Shown: positions 35,722-45,459 of the stretch, in pieces
Numbering within the stretch: the first letter of the stretch is position 1
Layout: each line of letters begins with the position of its first letter
Origin: a virus
Taxonomy: Duplodnaviria; Caudoviricetes
Virus record (IMG/VR): IMGVR_UViG_3300040733_000122
Coordinates: 1-45,697 of that record
Strand: one strand, 5' to 3'
DNA: 45,697 nt
Made by a program: the position numbers and the translations under genes
Notes under the pieces: generated by a model
Told to the model about the DNA's origin: nothing
Seen by the model: only the letters and a program-made list of their open reading frames with translations
Database searches by the model: none

Positions 35722-35952
35722 CTAGTCCTCCTCGTATCCTGAATCAAACCACTGCAGCTGACGCCCCGCCTGACGCGATTCTTCTTTTACCAGCAGGTAG
35801 ATCAGTACAAGCACTGCACTAAATCCGCCACCGACAGCAAAATAGACCCATGGGGCCAGAAGAAAGAACACACCAGCAACCCCCATCAGGTAGGCCGTGA
35901 TGAGCAGCATGCAGATCCTGTCTGCACGCTTCTGTTTTCTGAATATTCTCAT
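35722..35952 (-). CDS. Small two-TM membrane protein
   Basis: Two hydrophobic segments; tightly packed with neighbours. Confidence 0.6.
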   Translation of the reverse strand: MRIFRKQKRADRICMLLITAYLMGVAGVFFLLAPWVYFAVGGGFSAVLVLIYLLVKEESRQAGRQLQWFDSGYEED

Positions 35953-36263
35953 ATCGTTTTTTTATTGGTTGAGTTAAGTCTGAACACCGGGATCCGCCTG
36001 GGAGGTTTGTAGGTGTTCCCTTTCCTTCCGTGCTTACCCCTACTGTATTGTGTTTTGTTTGCCAGCCACCAGAGAACTAGGGAGGCAATTATCATAACAG
36101 CAGCTCCAGCCAACCAGACTATATCAATTCGCTCCTGGTCAGCAAAAGCTATTGCCTGGATAACCAACCCCGCGAGCATACCCAGGGGAATGCCGGCTGT
36201 CTCATTTAGTCTCATCGGCCTCAGTTGGATTGAACAGCTCCTTATAGCCCTGCCAGGGTTCAT
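35949..36263 (-). CDS. Small two-TM membrane protein (start may be about 36215)
   Basis: Two hydrophobic segments and a basic tail. Confidence 0.55.
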   Translation of the reverse strand: MNPGRAIRSCSIQLRPMRLNETAGIPLGMLAGLVIQAIAFADQERIDIVWLAGAAVMIIASLVLWWLANKTQYSRGKHGRKGNTYKPPRRIPVFRLNSTNKKTI

Positions 36264-36501
36264 GCTTCATGATCACGGAGAAATCCTCGCTCAGACTCAG
36301 GTAACCATACCAGGGTGTCTCACGCATGTACTGCTTGATTACCTCGATGAAGAGGCTACGTGTTTCTGCCTTGGCCAGGTCATCGACTTTTCGCCGGCCG
36401 GCCGGCATACTATCCAGCAGGGTATATACTCTCCTGACATAAACCTCGAGGCCCGTTTCAGGCAATGTCCCTGCAGCCAGTTTTACTTCAGTACTTATCA
36501 T
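36202..36501 (-). CDS. Hypothetical protein
   Basis: Start overlaps the primase-helicase stop codon. Confidence 0.65.
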   Translation of the reverse strand: MISTEVKLAAGTLPETGLEVYVRRVYTLLDSMPAGRRKVDDLAKAETRSLFIEVIKQYMRETPWYGYLSLSEDFSVIMKHEPWQGYKELFNPTEADETK

Positions 36502-39293
36502 CAGAACATTTTCTCATCAGTATCGAGAGCCACCTTGTCAAAATCCTCCTGAGAGATCTCCTTTGTCTGGACATAAACCATCTCGGCCACCTCCCCGCTT
36601 ATCTTCCGGATAATGCGTCCGGATGAGTTCCGGAAGCCTTCCGGATTGAGAGCAATAACATAGTCGGTATATCTGGCCCAGGCCTTCAGCGCCCGGGTAA
36701 ACTTGTTTGTGGTCCACTTATGCTGTCCGCTCTTCTCCGAGAAGTCCCGGAAGGCAGTATCGCGGACAATCAGCTGATCACAATAACCCTGGGTGGCATC
36801 GAAGTAAACATCGGCCCATGTCTTGAATACCTCTGTCATCTCGGTCCGCAGGTTTCGCTTGTTCACATTATCCAGGGGAGGATTGAGCTTCATCTCCCGG
36901 GGAACGCTCAGGTAGAACTTCAGGCAATAGGCAAAGAAGTTGAAGTCAGCGTTCCATTCATCCTCTGTGTAATCCAGGAAGAGATTCTTTCCGAAGTCGT
37001 CCCTGATGGTAAAATCCTCTGCATAATCCTCAGATTCAGTTCTCACATGGTAGAAATCTGAAAAGACCGAGTACAGGATCCTACCCTCAGTTGACGGGTC
37101 TATATTACGAAGAGTGAAGTTGGAGGTAATGCAAAACTTAGGGACCTTCTCAAACGGGATCTCATACGACTGGTTGTTCTTTGGGTTCACTTCCAGGTCC
37201 CCCTGGAGAGCATTGAAGAAAAAACCGAAATTCAGGTACTGGTCCGCGTCGTCGATCAGGACGTAGTCGGTATGCTCCGTCACCCGGTCGTAAACGTGAG
37301 GATTCTCTGTGAGCTTCGGGTTCCTGCCGTTGAGTGTCACAGATCTCATGAAGTACCTGAGAGTACGATAACAGAGACTCTTCCCTGACCGGCCGTGACT
37401 CTCCCCGGTGTCGGTGATCTTGTTATCCATGGCAAAAACGCACCAGGGTCTTGCCGGATCCTTATACCGGTGAAGGAGGTACCCGATAGAAAATATCTTA
37501 TTGATCAGGTGCTGCTTCTGCTCCCATTTCTCTTCATGCTCAAGACGTGGACCGGCTATGCTCCACTGGTTCTGTCTGAAATACTCGACATTCTCTGCAA
37601 GGATCTCGGACTTCCGGAGCTCGAGCTCGGTCCTCCAGTGGATCCTGGATGCATTGATCAGGAACCTGAAGAATATGCTCTTTTGGCTTACCACATCGAT
37701 ATCATACTCTCCCGTCTCTTTATTGAATTTTATGCTGAAGGGCTCTTCCTGGAGGCGAACCTTATGGTCAATCATCTCCTCCTGCCAGACATACTTTTCT
37801 ACCTGGGAGGACCGGATCTCACTTATCTCCGATGCAGTGACTTTCCATGTACGATCAGAAAAGAACAGGTATTGAGTATCCTTGTCAAAGTCCGTGAAAT
37901 CAAGCTTCACCTCGTTCAATCCCTTCAGGGAAGCTTCACCCAACTGGTTGCTTCTATGAACCATGTTCCGGAGCGGGATCGGCAGGTGCCTCTCCTTCAT
38001 GAAAAGCTGTACAAACCTGCGGCACTCATCCGGATCTATCTGCTGGACAATATTGCCCTCGACTCTGATGTACATCATACCATCTCTTACATTCTTGTTC
38101 TCAAACTGGAAGAACCCGTTGCTCTCAAGGAAATAATAGGCCTGCTCATTATTGAAGAAGTACCTGACACCCTTCTCGGAGATATCTTCATCCCAAAACT
38201 TCATAGCCATGGCAACACGCATCAGCTTCTTGAATTCGCTGTCCTGCGGCCATATTTCTACATAATCGCGGAAGTCTTTCCTGGGCTTTCCCCGGTGGTC
38301 CCTGTAGTCAGATAGCTTCCCCGGGAGCCAGATAGTCTTGAGATCGAGATATTGCATACCAAGCTTCACAGCTTGACGGCGTCCCGTGCTGTCGATGTCC
38401 GGCAGATTATAGATCATCTCTGCCATTTTCGTCAGCTCTACCCACAGATCCTTCTCCACTGACGCCGTCTCGCTGTTCAGCCATACCACATGATATCCGA
38501 ATCCCGCCACATTCAAAGCATCACGTTCACCCGAGGCCATAATGACCTCGGATAACTTCGGTGCATGCTTCTTTCTTACCTCGCTGTCATCCTGCGATTC
38601 AGACTCATGATCCTCCAGAAGCTCCTCATAAGCTTCTCTCACCTGCTTAAGACCGTTGACATAGTCTTTCGGCCTGTTGCCTACATAAAAAAACCTGTAT
38701 TGTTTCTCCGGATTCTTCGGCTGGTAAACCTTTTTGAAGGTGTCGTGTTCTACCAGGAATATGGGGTAGTTCTCGTTCGACGTTGTCACGATGGCCACCC
38801 GGTTTTTTATCCTGGTGAAACTTACCAGAGAGTACACATTGTACTTTTTACACACCCTCTCGGTTACACACGGACCCAGCTCGGCCAGTTCTGCCGGCGT
38901 TATCTCCGGCTTAACCTCGAAATACACCTCCCCCTCCTTCTCCTCTGCAGTTGCCGGCCGCTTTTCTATGTCAGGTTTATTGATGTCTGCACGGATCCCT
39001 CCTACACCATATTGTGAGGCGAGTTTAACCAGGGCTTCCCGGTATGATATATTCTCCTCACGCATGCAGACCTGGATCCCGTTGCGCGGGACACTGTCAT
39101 CACCAAAGTCGGTCACCACCCAATTACCGTCCTCCAGCTGCTTGAGCCTCGCAGAGGGCGTTTTTTCGTCCCTGATCTTGAATTCTTTCCGTGCTCCCTT
39201 CAAAGCATCTGCAGCCTGAGGGTAATAGGTTAAGATTATGTCTAAGCCGCCATTTGAGGCTGATAAAATGTCTTGTTGCTGAATGTAGGACAT
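36501..39293 (-). CDS. DNA primase-helicase (TOPRIM + P-loop)
   Basis: SGERDALN and PDIDSTG (TOPRIM), KDFRDY, Walker A GRSGKS, LIDD and ITSNF. Confidence 0.85.
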   Translation of the reverse strand: MSYIQQQDILSASNGGLDIILTYYPQAADALKGARKEFKIRDEKTPSARLKQLEDGNWVVTDFGDDSVPRNGIQVCMREENISYREALVKLASQYGVGGIRADINKPDIEKRPATAEEKEGEVYFEVKPEITPAELAELGPCVTERVCKKYNVYSLVSFTRIKNRVAIVTTSNENYPIFLVEHDTFKKVYQPKNPEKQYRFFYVGNRPKDYVNGLKQVREAYEELLEDHESESQDDSEVRKKHAPKLSEVIMASGERDALNVAGFGYHVVWLNSETASVEKDLWVELTKMAEMIYNLPDIDSTGRRQAVKLGMQYLDLKTIWLPGKLSDYRDHRGKPRKDFRDYVEIWPQDSEFKKLMRVAMAMKFWDEDISEKGVRYFFNNEQAYYFLESNGFFQFENKNVRDGMMYIRVEGNIVQQIDPDECRRFVQLFMKERHLPIPLRNMVHRSNQLGEASLKGLNEVKLDFTDFDKDTQYLFFSDRTWKVTASEISEIRSSQVEKYVWQEEMIDHKVRLQEEPFSIKFNKETGEYDIDVVSQKSIFFRFLINASRIHWRTELELRKSEILAENVEYFRQNQWSIAGPRLEHEEKWEQKQHLINKIFSIGYLLHRYKDPARPWCVFAMDNKITDTGESHGRSGKSLCYRTLRYFMRSVTLNGRNPKLTENPHVYDRVTEHTDYVLIDDADQYLNFGFFFNALQGDLEVNPKNNQSYEIPFEKVPKFCITSNFTLRNIDPSTEGRILYSVFSDFYHVRTESEDYAEDFTIRDDFGKNLFLDYTEDEWNADFNFFAYCLKFYLSVPREMKLNPPLDNVNKRNLRTEMTEVFKTWADVYFDATQGYCDQLIVRDTAFRDFSEKSGQHKWTTNKFTRALKAWARYTDYVIALNPEGFRNSSGRIIRKISGEVAEMVYVQTKEISQEDFDKVALDTDEKMF

Positions 39294-39326
39294 GGGGCAG
39301 AAATGAAATCCGAAACAGAATTATTC

Positions 39327-39719
39327 TTAATGAGCTGCAGATGTCAGTAGAGCATAGTAACCTCCATCAATTGACTGCTTTGCCAGCGGAATACTTAGTG
39401 ACTTCCTGTCCTCGATATTTTTAGCTATAGAATTGGGTAAATTCTTGGAGTTAAATAGCTCATTTACAAGAGACGAATTGTTAAAGCAAAGACTACTTGA
39501 ATTCTTGTACTTCCTGAAAGTAAATATGCCTGCGGATCTTTTAGCGAGATACCATTCCTGGCTTTTCTTTTCTCGGACAAAATCAACTGTGTCACCCTCC
39601 TTAAGGCCTATAGCTTCTGTTGCTGCAGTATTGATACTGAGCATACCATTACGGTTAATTCTTATGCTGGGCTTCCTGCTTGTCCCAACATTAGTGGGAA
39701 TAAATACATCAAACTCCAT
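39327..39719 (-). CDS. Hypothetical protein (AbrB-like beta pattern)
   Basis: 'INRNGMLSI...IGLKEGDTVDF'. Confidence 0.6.
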   Translation of the reverse strand: MEFDVFIPTNVGTSRKPSIRINRNGMLSINTAATEAIGLKEGDTVDFVREKKSQEWYLAKRSAGIFTFRKYKNSSSLCFNNSSLVNELFNSKNLPNSIAKNIEDRKSLSIPLAKQSIDGGYYALLTSAAH

Positions 39720-40047
39720 ATTTGTCTGTTTTAGGGATTAGTTTCCTGTCTTCTGCTTTTATAAACCGGTAACCTCCGGCAGTATGTTGTTGACCCGAAA
39801 GCACTGCAGAAATACATGCTTGCTTTATGCACATCTTGTCTGCCGCATCAGTCACTCCTTTGAATCTATTAACCTCATGGCCATATTGATCCAGCACAAC
39901 TATCTCCTCCATATCCTTTGTGAAATGATTGATGCCCACGTCAAGTGCCATCTCAATATACCGACGCATGGTAGTCATATGCTCAGCAGCACCCGTCAGG
40001 GATACCAGCTCCAACGTCAGCTGATTGATTACTTTGGTTCGCGTCAT
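39709..40047 (-). CDS. NUMOD1-like DNA-binding domain protein
   Basis: VLDQYGHEVNRFKGVTDAA...ISAVLSGQQHTAGGYRF. Confidence 0.75.
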   Translation of the reverse strand: MTRTKVINQLTLELVSLTGAAEHMTTMRRYIEMALDVGINHFTKDMEEIVVLDQYGHEVNRFKGVTDAADKMCIKQACISAVLSGQQHTAGGYRFIKAEDRKLIPKTDKYGV

Positions 40048-40502
40048 ACCCCAGTCTCGAATGAATATTCCTGATCCATTTTTGTTTTTAATTCCTCTCC
40101 TGTCGTCTTGGCATTAGTCTGTAGCTGGTTTTGGATGGCAGCATACTTATGCATGGCTCTTATGACATCTGGATGGTTGTAATAAAAATTATTAGGATCG
40201 TCCAGATCAGCTTCTTCTTCGATTGTGCAACGCATTGTTTCTTCGAGAATCTCTTCCGCGCTTTTAGCGGAAGGAAGGGGTCTTGGGAGTATACCAAACC
40301 TTTGTTTGTAGTATTCTCCTATCTCTGCACTCTTATCTTCTGCCCACTTATCAAATTCTTCATCACTGACCCTACTTTCTTCATTCCGTCCTGCATAAAG
40401 CAGATTAGTAATATATTGCTGCAGGGTAAGGATCTCTTCTAAAAGCTCACCAATAGTAGCTTCATGCTGCTGGTCTATGGCTTCTCTACTCTTATGCGTC
40501 AT
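40044..40502 (-). CDS. Hypothetical protein
   Basis: Acidic ORF overlapping the next gene by 4 nt. Confidence 0.65.
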   Translation of the reverse strand: MTHKSREAIDQQHEATIGELLEEILTLQQYITNLLYAGRNEESRVSDEEFDKWAEDKSAEIGEYYKQRFGILPRPLPSAKSAEEILEETMRCTIEEEADLDDPNNFYYNHPDVIRAMHKYAAIQNQLQTNAKTTGEELKTKMDQEYSFETGV

Positions 40503-40661
40503 TATTTTAATTTGTTAGGTTATTAAGCTTTGAATAAGCTCCCGGACCCTGTCATCGGCAATCCGTCCCCGCCGTTATCTTTCTCAGATCCGGGAGCTCA
40601 AGTCAGAGGCTGAACAGGCCTGTGTGCGAAACTGAAACCTGTAATGATGAAAGAACCTCAC

Positions 40662-40868
40662 CTATCCCTCCTCTGTTATCTTTATCATGCTTATCTGGCT
40701 CGCAGCGGCGTCAACCATCTTCTGTGCCGACTCGATGTCAGCTTCATATTTGAATTCATCCTCTTCAGTATGACTCCGGAGCGACTTTGAAGAGCAGCAT
40801 ACAATATGCGAGAGAGCCATTCTCTTGAGCAGCTCCAGGTTCTGAAGGCCTTCAATTACTATAGCCAT
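40662..40868 (-). CDS. Small hypothetical protein
   Basis: Probable start MAIVIEGL. Confidence 0.5.
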   Translation of the reverse strand: MAIVIEGLQNLELLKRMALSHIVCCSSKSLRSHTEEDEFKYEADIESAQKMVDAAASQISMIKITEEG

Positions 40869-41190
40869 AGCATATCTCCTTTTGATGACCCTGCATAATT
40901 GTTTCTGCCTCGATGCAGATCTCCTCGAATTCCTTTTTGCGCTTCTCATGAAGGCTTGAACCGATACCCGGTAGCAGTATCATGATATGGCCCTTGTTCA
41001 TCCGGATGAACCGGGCCATATTGACCGGGTCCGAATAGCTGAATGTTCCCAGGTAAAGCTCGAGCCTGTCGATTGACCTGATGCATTGATCGTAATTCCT
41101 CAATCTGCTTTTGCCTATATCAAGCAGCAATTTTCGCTGTCTGATCACTGAAAGCAGCCACCTGCGAGTTGTAATACCAAATTGATTCAT
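40852..41190 (-). CDS. Hypothetical protein
   Basis: Probable start MNQFGITT. Confidence 0.55.
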   Translation of the reverse strand: MNQFGITTRRWLLSVIRQRKLLLDIGKSRLRNYDQCIRSIDRLELYLGTFSYSDPVNMARFIRMNKGHIMILLPGIGSSLHEKRKKEFEEICIEAETIMQGHQKEICYGYSN

Positions 41191-41215
41191 ATTGTTACAG
41201 TATAAGTGGAAGTCA

Positions 41216-41782
41216 TTAAATGAAGAGAAGCTTGCGTTGCATTGCCCATCCCATAATCTCAATCCTGTTGTTCACGTCAAGCTTCTCTCTGATATGTTTT
41301 AAATGAGTTTCTACTGTAGGCACGCTGCAACCAATGGCACTGGCGATCTCTTTGTCGAGCATCCCCTCGATCACCAGGAAGAAGATATTTGTTTCTGCAG
41401 CTGTCAGCATACCGTTCTTTCCCTGGAGGCGCTTGCAAACCTTACCCTCCCCGGGGCAGGTTCCCCTCACGCCACAATCCCAGCATTCCCTGATCATCAT
41501 CCCGTCAGGTGTCACATCCGGCTCACCGTCAAAGTTCCCGAAGTTGCATTTGACGAATTGCTCCAGCATAGCCAGCGGTTCGGTGATTTGCATCTTACTT
41601 ACCAGGGTTTTTACAGCCTGGGCATCAGACATCATAGCCGAGCTCAGGTTATCGATGAAATCTTGAGGCAAAAGGTTGAATGCAACCACCTGGCCGTTGT
41701 ATATGGCCCTAATCTCACCCCTGTGCAGGTAGATCTCTATGTTCTGGTCCTCAAGACCGGCCGGTATCGAAACGGGTCTCAT
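41216..41782 (-). CDS. LuxR-type HTH regulator with Cys cluster
   Basis: C-terminal LTAAE...DKEIASAIGCSVPTVETHLKHIREKL; upstream CWDCGVRGTCPGEGKVC. Confidence 0.85.
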   Translation of the reverse strand: MRPVSIPAGLEDQNIEIYLHRGEIRAIYNGQVVAFNLLPQDFIDNLSSAMMSDAQAVKTLVSKMQITEPLAMLEQFVKCNFGNFDGEPDVTPDGMMIRECWDCGVRGTCPGEGKVCKRLQGKNGMLTAAETNIFFLVIEGMLDKEIASAIGCSVPTVETHLKHIREKLDVNNRIEIMGWAMQRKLLFI

Positions 41783-41994
41783 ACAATAGCCTTTATCTGC
41801 TCAGACCTTGTTTTTAGTTCGTCCTGGTACTCTTGGGCCTGCCCGATCATTGCGTCAATGATCTCCTTGTTATAGAATTTACCTATAGATACTTTATCGA
41901 TACTGGCATATGTTGCGCCAGTCTTTTCATGGACAGCTTTCCTCCACCTGGGCGGGAGCTTTTTCTTAAGTCGTTTTAAATCAGCCTTGGTCAT
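41779..41994 (-). CDS. Cro-like small DNA-binding protein
   Basis: Basic HTH-like ORF (start MTKADL), divergent from the repressor. Confidence 0.6.
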   Translation of the reverse strand: MTKADLKRLKKKLPPRWRKAVHEKTGATYASIDKVSIGKFYNKEIIDAMIGQAQEYQDELKTRSEQIKAIV

Positions 41995-42120
41995 TGAAAT
42001 AGGGTATTTCGAATAATAAATTTTTATCCTAAATTGATACGAGATTAATACGACAAACATAAAAGATTTCAAATTATAATACAAGGTTTTCATCATATTT
42101 TTATTTGATTTATTTAATAT
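41995..42120. promoter_or_regulatory. Divergent lysis/lysogeny control region
   Basis: AT-rich gap with TATGTTTG (-7 box) on the minus strand at 42054-42061. Confidence 0.6.
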
Positions 42121-42513
42121 ATGGATGCAACTAAAAGAATACGAGACATTTGCAAATTAAAAAAAATCAAAAACGTTGACCTTGTTAACGCAGGATGTGG
42201 ATCACCACAAACTGTCAGCTTCGTGATGACTGGGAAACAAAAGCCCAACATTGCCTTCTTAGAGGCTTTCTTTAAAACCTTTAATGAAATAGATCCTCGG
42301 GAAGTATTTCCCTCATATACCGGCAGTGAAAGGATTGCAGAATCTAAACTTGAGTATGGATATTGCAAAGAATGCCTGATCAAGCAGGGTGAGATAAACA
42401 GGCTGGAGAAAGAGCTCAGAGACAGAAACAAAAGGATTGAGGAATTAGTCGCAAAGTGCAGCGAACTGACCGAGAAGGTGCCCAAAAAAGATGCAGGCCG
42501 CAAAGCTGGCTAA
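42121..42513 (+). CDS. XRE-family (cI-like) repressor
   Basis: N-terminal HTH (SPQTVSFVMTGKQKPN) and C-terminal coiled coil; no S24 peptidase domain visible. Confidence 0.75.
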   Translation: MDATKRIRDICKLKKIKNVDLVNAGCGSPQTVSFVMTGKQKPNIAFLEAFFKTFNEIDPREVFPSYTGSERIAESKLEYGYCKECLIKQGEINRLEKELRDRNKRIEELVAKCSELTEKVPKKDAGRKAG

Positions 42514-42584
42514 AGGTTATCTGGCGAATGGGGTGCCTATTTCTAAATTGCTCGAATTTTAAGTTTAACTAAATATCTACTGTC

Positions 42585-43658
42585 ATGGATTTTAACGTTA
42601 ACGGAGCTTCATTCGATCGAATTATTATTCATCAGATTCATGCTAAAACGCCAACAGAAGACTTCTCAAGCGTTACGCTTGCAGAAAGTATTCTATCCTT
42701 AAGTGAACCAGTGATTAGTACCTTAAAAAACAGAATTTCGCAGGCGTTACAAAAAGAATCCCGAGCATTTGATGCCGCTATTGCAAATATAAGCCCGGGT
42801 TCATTTTATGATCTGTCCACTAGCTTATGGGCTAGTAGTACTCAAGAATTTATCGAAATATCTGGAAGACTTGCTGCTCTTTTAGCTGAGGCTCAGAGAA
42901 GGATAATAATTCCGGAAAGCTATTTAATTATCATAAAAGGAGTTCTAAATAGGCTCAACTTCACGCTTGTTATCAAGGCGGAGTTGCATGAAGCTCTTTT
43001 TGAAAATAGAACAGACGGTCATATTACGATTGAACTAATTGAAAGGGTCTTTTTGTCACCGGCAAACAAACTTTACAAGATTGGGTTAATTTACAACTCC
43101 ACTAATCCTGATCCAGATGCAGCCGGCCCAAATCACGATAATTGTTGTTTGCTCTATGATGATAATAACAATCTAATCGGAGATCCGGCGGAATACTTCT
43201 ATAGGGATTTTCTTGGCTTTGACCCCTCTAATGATGCAAGATTAAAAACAAAGCAATTTTATAAGAGACTAGTGGACTATGTCCAGAGTGATATTACAGA
43301 AGGTAACCTTAAGCAAGACTTATTCAATGCAATTGAAACTGTATTCTATGCTGATCAGACAGCATTGATTGACCCTATTGGGTTTATGGAAACCTATATT
43401 CCCGAAGGATGTAAGTCTAAATATGTTGACAAAATTCTAAGTCACTATACAAGACCCTTCATTAAAGATGTTTCTCTCATTCAGAGATCAGTAAATAAAA
43501 AGAGAATCACATTCGGTAACATAAAGATAGAGGGTCCAATCGACGAGTTTAATCAAAGAATTACGTTAGTTCCAGCAGAAGAGATAATAAATCTTGATCC
43601 GTCATCTTTATCTGAGTTCACTTTTGTAAAGATACATGGTAGACCATATGGACAGTAG
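42585..43658 (+). CDS. Nucleoid-associated (NA37/YejK-like) protein
   Basis: 'RIIIHQI' start, 'IKAE', 'LYKIG' and 'AEYFYRDFLG...TKQFY'. Confidence 0.65.
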   Translation: MDFNVNGASFDRIIIHQIHAKTPTEDFSSVTLAESILSLSEPVISTLKNRISQALQKESRAFDAAIANISPGSFYDLSTSLWASSTQEFIEISGRLAALLAEAQRRIIIPESYLIIIKGVLNRLNFTLVIKAELHEALFENRTDGHITIELIERVFLSPANKLYKIGLIYNSTNPDPDAAGPNHDNCCLLYDDNNNLIGDPAEYFYRDFLGFDPSNDARLKTKQFYKRLVDYVQSDITEGNLKQDLFNAIETVFYADQTALIDPIGFMETYIPEGCKSKYVDKILSHYTRPFIKDVSLIQRSVNKKRITFGNIKIEGPIDEFNQRITLVPAEEIINLDPSSLSEFTFVKIHGRPYGQ

Positions 43659-44667
43659 TGATTACTTCCGAAATGAAGAAGTCCTTCTTGAGGAGTACAA
43701 CAAAATCAAGGATCTATTACATGCCTGGGGAAAGTTCATCGATAATCACCTCATTGATTTGCTTAATACCTCCCCTTCAATAAATAAAGACCATCTCGAG
43801 ATACTACCATCATACCGACTCAAAAGTGATACTTCATTAATTAAAAAAGCTTTTTATCGAGAGGCGAAGTACGAGGGCACCAACCCATTATTAATGGAAG
43901 ATAAGATAGGAACGAGGATCGTAGTTACATTGAGAGAAGAAATAGACCCAATTGAAAAAATAATAGTCGATGAACAACGTTATTGGATTGCCAGGCGCAA
44001 GAGATCCTTAGGACAAGAGATTGAAAAGGATCCGAGTTCATTTCAGTATGATTCTCTTCATTTAATTCTTACTCCGACAGATGGATGCGATATATTTCGT
44101 ACCTTAGAGGAAGAAGAAAGACAATACTATGTATGTGAAGTTCAGGTCAGAACTCTATTGCAACATGCATATGCACAGGTGGCTCATGACACTATATACA
44201 AGGGGCCATTTTCAGAATCCATCAATCTAGTTAGAACCTTGAGTACTTGTAATGCGTTAATGGAAGTAGTAGACAAATATTTTTCATCAGCAATTGAAGA
44301 GATGCGCAAAGATTCTGAAATAGAATCTTCATTCCTCAGAAAACTGAAAAAAATAGGGAAGGATCGTTTCGATATCAAGTATATAGATACCGAAATTGAT
44401 TTTCCTCTTAATTATGATCTTCTACGGCTGTTCAATGGAACTGATATTGACCTTGAACGATTGGAAGCAACAATCATTAGGGAGAATGAAAATGTAAAAA
44501 TACTCCTCAATGCCTTTACGCATTTCTTATCCAGGCAGCCAATCCTATTGCTAATTGCATACTACGTCTTGGACTATCAGCAAGATTTTCTTTACAAAAA
44601 CTGGCCACTTGAGAGAGACATCCTCCGGGAAATTGTACAGAAGCTTGGCCATCGCTACAGACACTGA
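43636..44667 (+). CDS. RelA/SpoT-domain protein (small alarmone synthetase-like)
   Basis: RLKSDTSLIKK, DKIGTRIV, YDSLHLI and EVQVRTLLQHAYAQVAHDTIYK; start at 43636 or 43648. Confidence 0.88.
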   Translation: MVDHMDSSDYFRNEEVLLEEYNKIKDLLHAWGKFIDNHLIDLLNTSPSINKDHLEILPSYRLKSDTSLIKKAFYREAKYEGTNPLLMEDKIGTRIVVTLREEIDPIEKIIVDEQRYWIARRKRSLGQEIEKDPSSFQYDSLHLILTPTDGCDIFRTLEEEERQYYVCEVQVRTLLQHAYAQVAHDTIYKGPFSESINLVRTLSTCNALMEVVDKYFSSAIEEMRKDSEIESSFLRKLKKIGKDRFDIKYIDTEIDFPLNYDLLRLFNGTDIDLERLEATIIRENENVKILLNAFTHFLSRQPILLLIAYYVLDYQQDFLYKNWPLERDILREIVQKLGHRYRH

Positions 44668-44782
44668 ATTTACGAGATCTGTCTGACAGACAAACAGACA
44701 GAACAGACAAACCACAATTCACAGAAAAACAGCTACATACTGGGGCATCTCGTTTCTTCTCACCCCGACAAAAGAAAAATGG

Positions 44783-44814
44783 CCATCTCCGGCATGCCGG
44801 AGGTGGTTTTTTAT
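44783..44814 (+). terminator. Intrinsic terminator
   Basis: ccatctccggc-at-gccggaggtgg followed by tttttt. Confidence 0.7.
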
Positions 44815-45199
44815 TGACCTGCAGTGACAACAGCTTGCTGTTGAGAACGGAAGGGCGATAAAACAAACAATGCAGCGAAGCGAAATGACATTTTTCTTTT
44901 GGTCTAACCAATGGAAGTCCGTCATGACCGAGCCGCCGCCAGGCGGGGAGCGTCATGACAATCTTCTCACCCCGATTTCATCTAACCGTAACTAACAGTG
45001 TATTAGTCAACCGCATTTTATTCATAACAACAATCCTCCTTTTTAACAGCATAGATTTAAAACTCATCATGTAAATTCACCAAGTCTCAAAATATCAAGC
45101 CAAAAGACCAACTCACTCAAAAGTACAAAGTCGAATTTCAAACCATTATCATAGAACTAACCCCCCACCAAAACCTTCCAAAATAACCCGCGTTTCCTG

Positions 45200-45459
45200 C
45201 ATATCATTTATTCTTTTGGGTTTAAGGATAACTGCCTCTAATTCTATGCGCTTGTATATAAATATCTTCCTGAATGCAAAAAATATCAACATTGGGCTCT
45301 GATAAAGCCGGGGGATTTGGCTCAGAATACAGTTACTCCGCCGGCGAACGCTTAGGTATAGACGTTGTGATTGGGAACCAGTGGAATAAGATGTCTTAAT
45401 AAGGTCTGTTTGCCTCCATAATAGCTTATGGGGGTCTTCAATCTTGCCACAAAACTCAT
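45200..45459 (-). pseudogene. Degenerate Dam-like DNA adenine methyltransferase fragment
   Basis: LKTPISYYGGKQ...HNVYT*AFAGGVTVF*AKSP: SAM-binding motif broken by two in-frame stops; 3' limit approximate. Confidence 0.75.

Larger units (their letters stand above)
1..44815. mobile_element. Temperate tailed prophage (siphovirus-like), near-complete; att sites not identified
   Basis: Integrase, tail, lysis, tape measure, portal, terminase, capsid, protease, primase-helicase and divergent repressor/cro pair in phage-like order. The left boundary lies outside the window and the right boundary is approximate. Confidence 0.9.

Noticed and set aside
37395-38315. 306-aa plus-strand ORF
   Set aside because: Lies wholly antisense to the primase-helicase gene.
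40535-40600. tRNA gene
   Set aside because: No convincing T-loop (TTCRA), anticodon arm or full cloverleaf.
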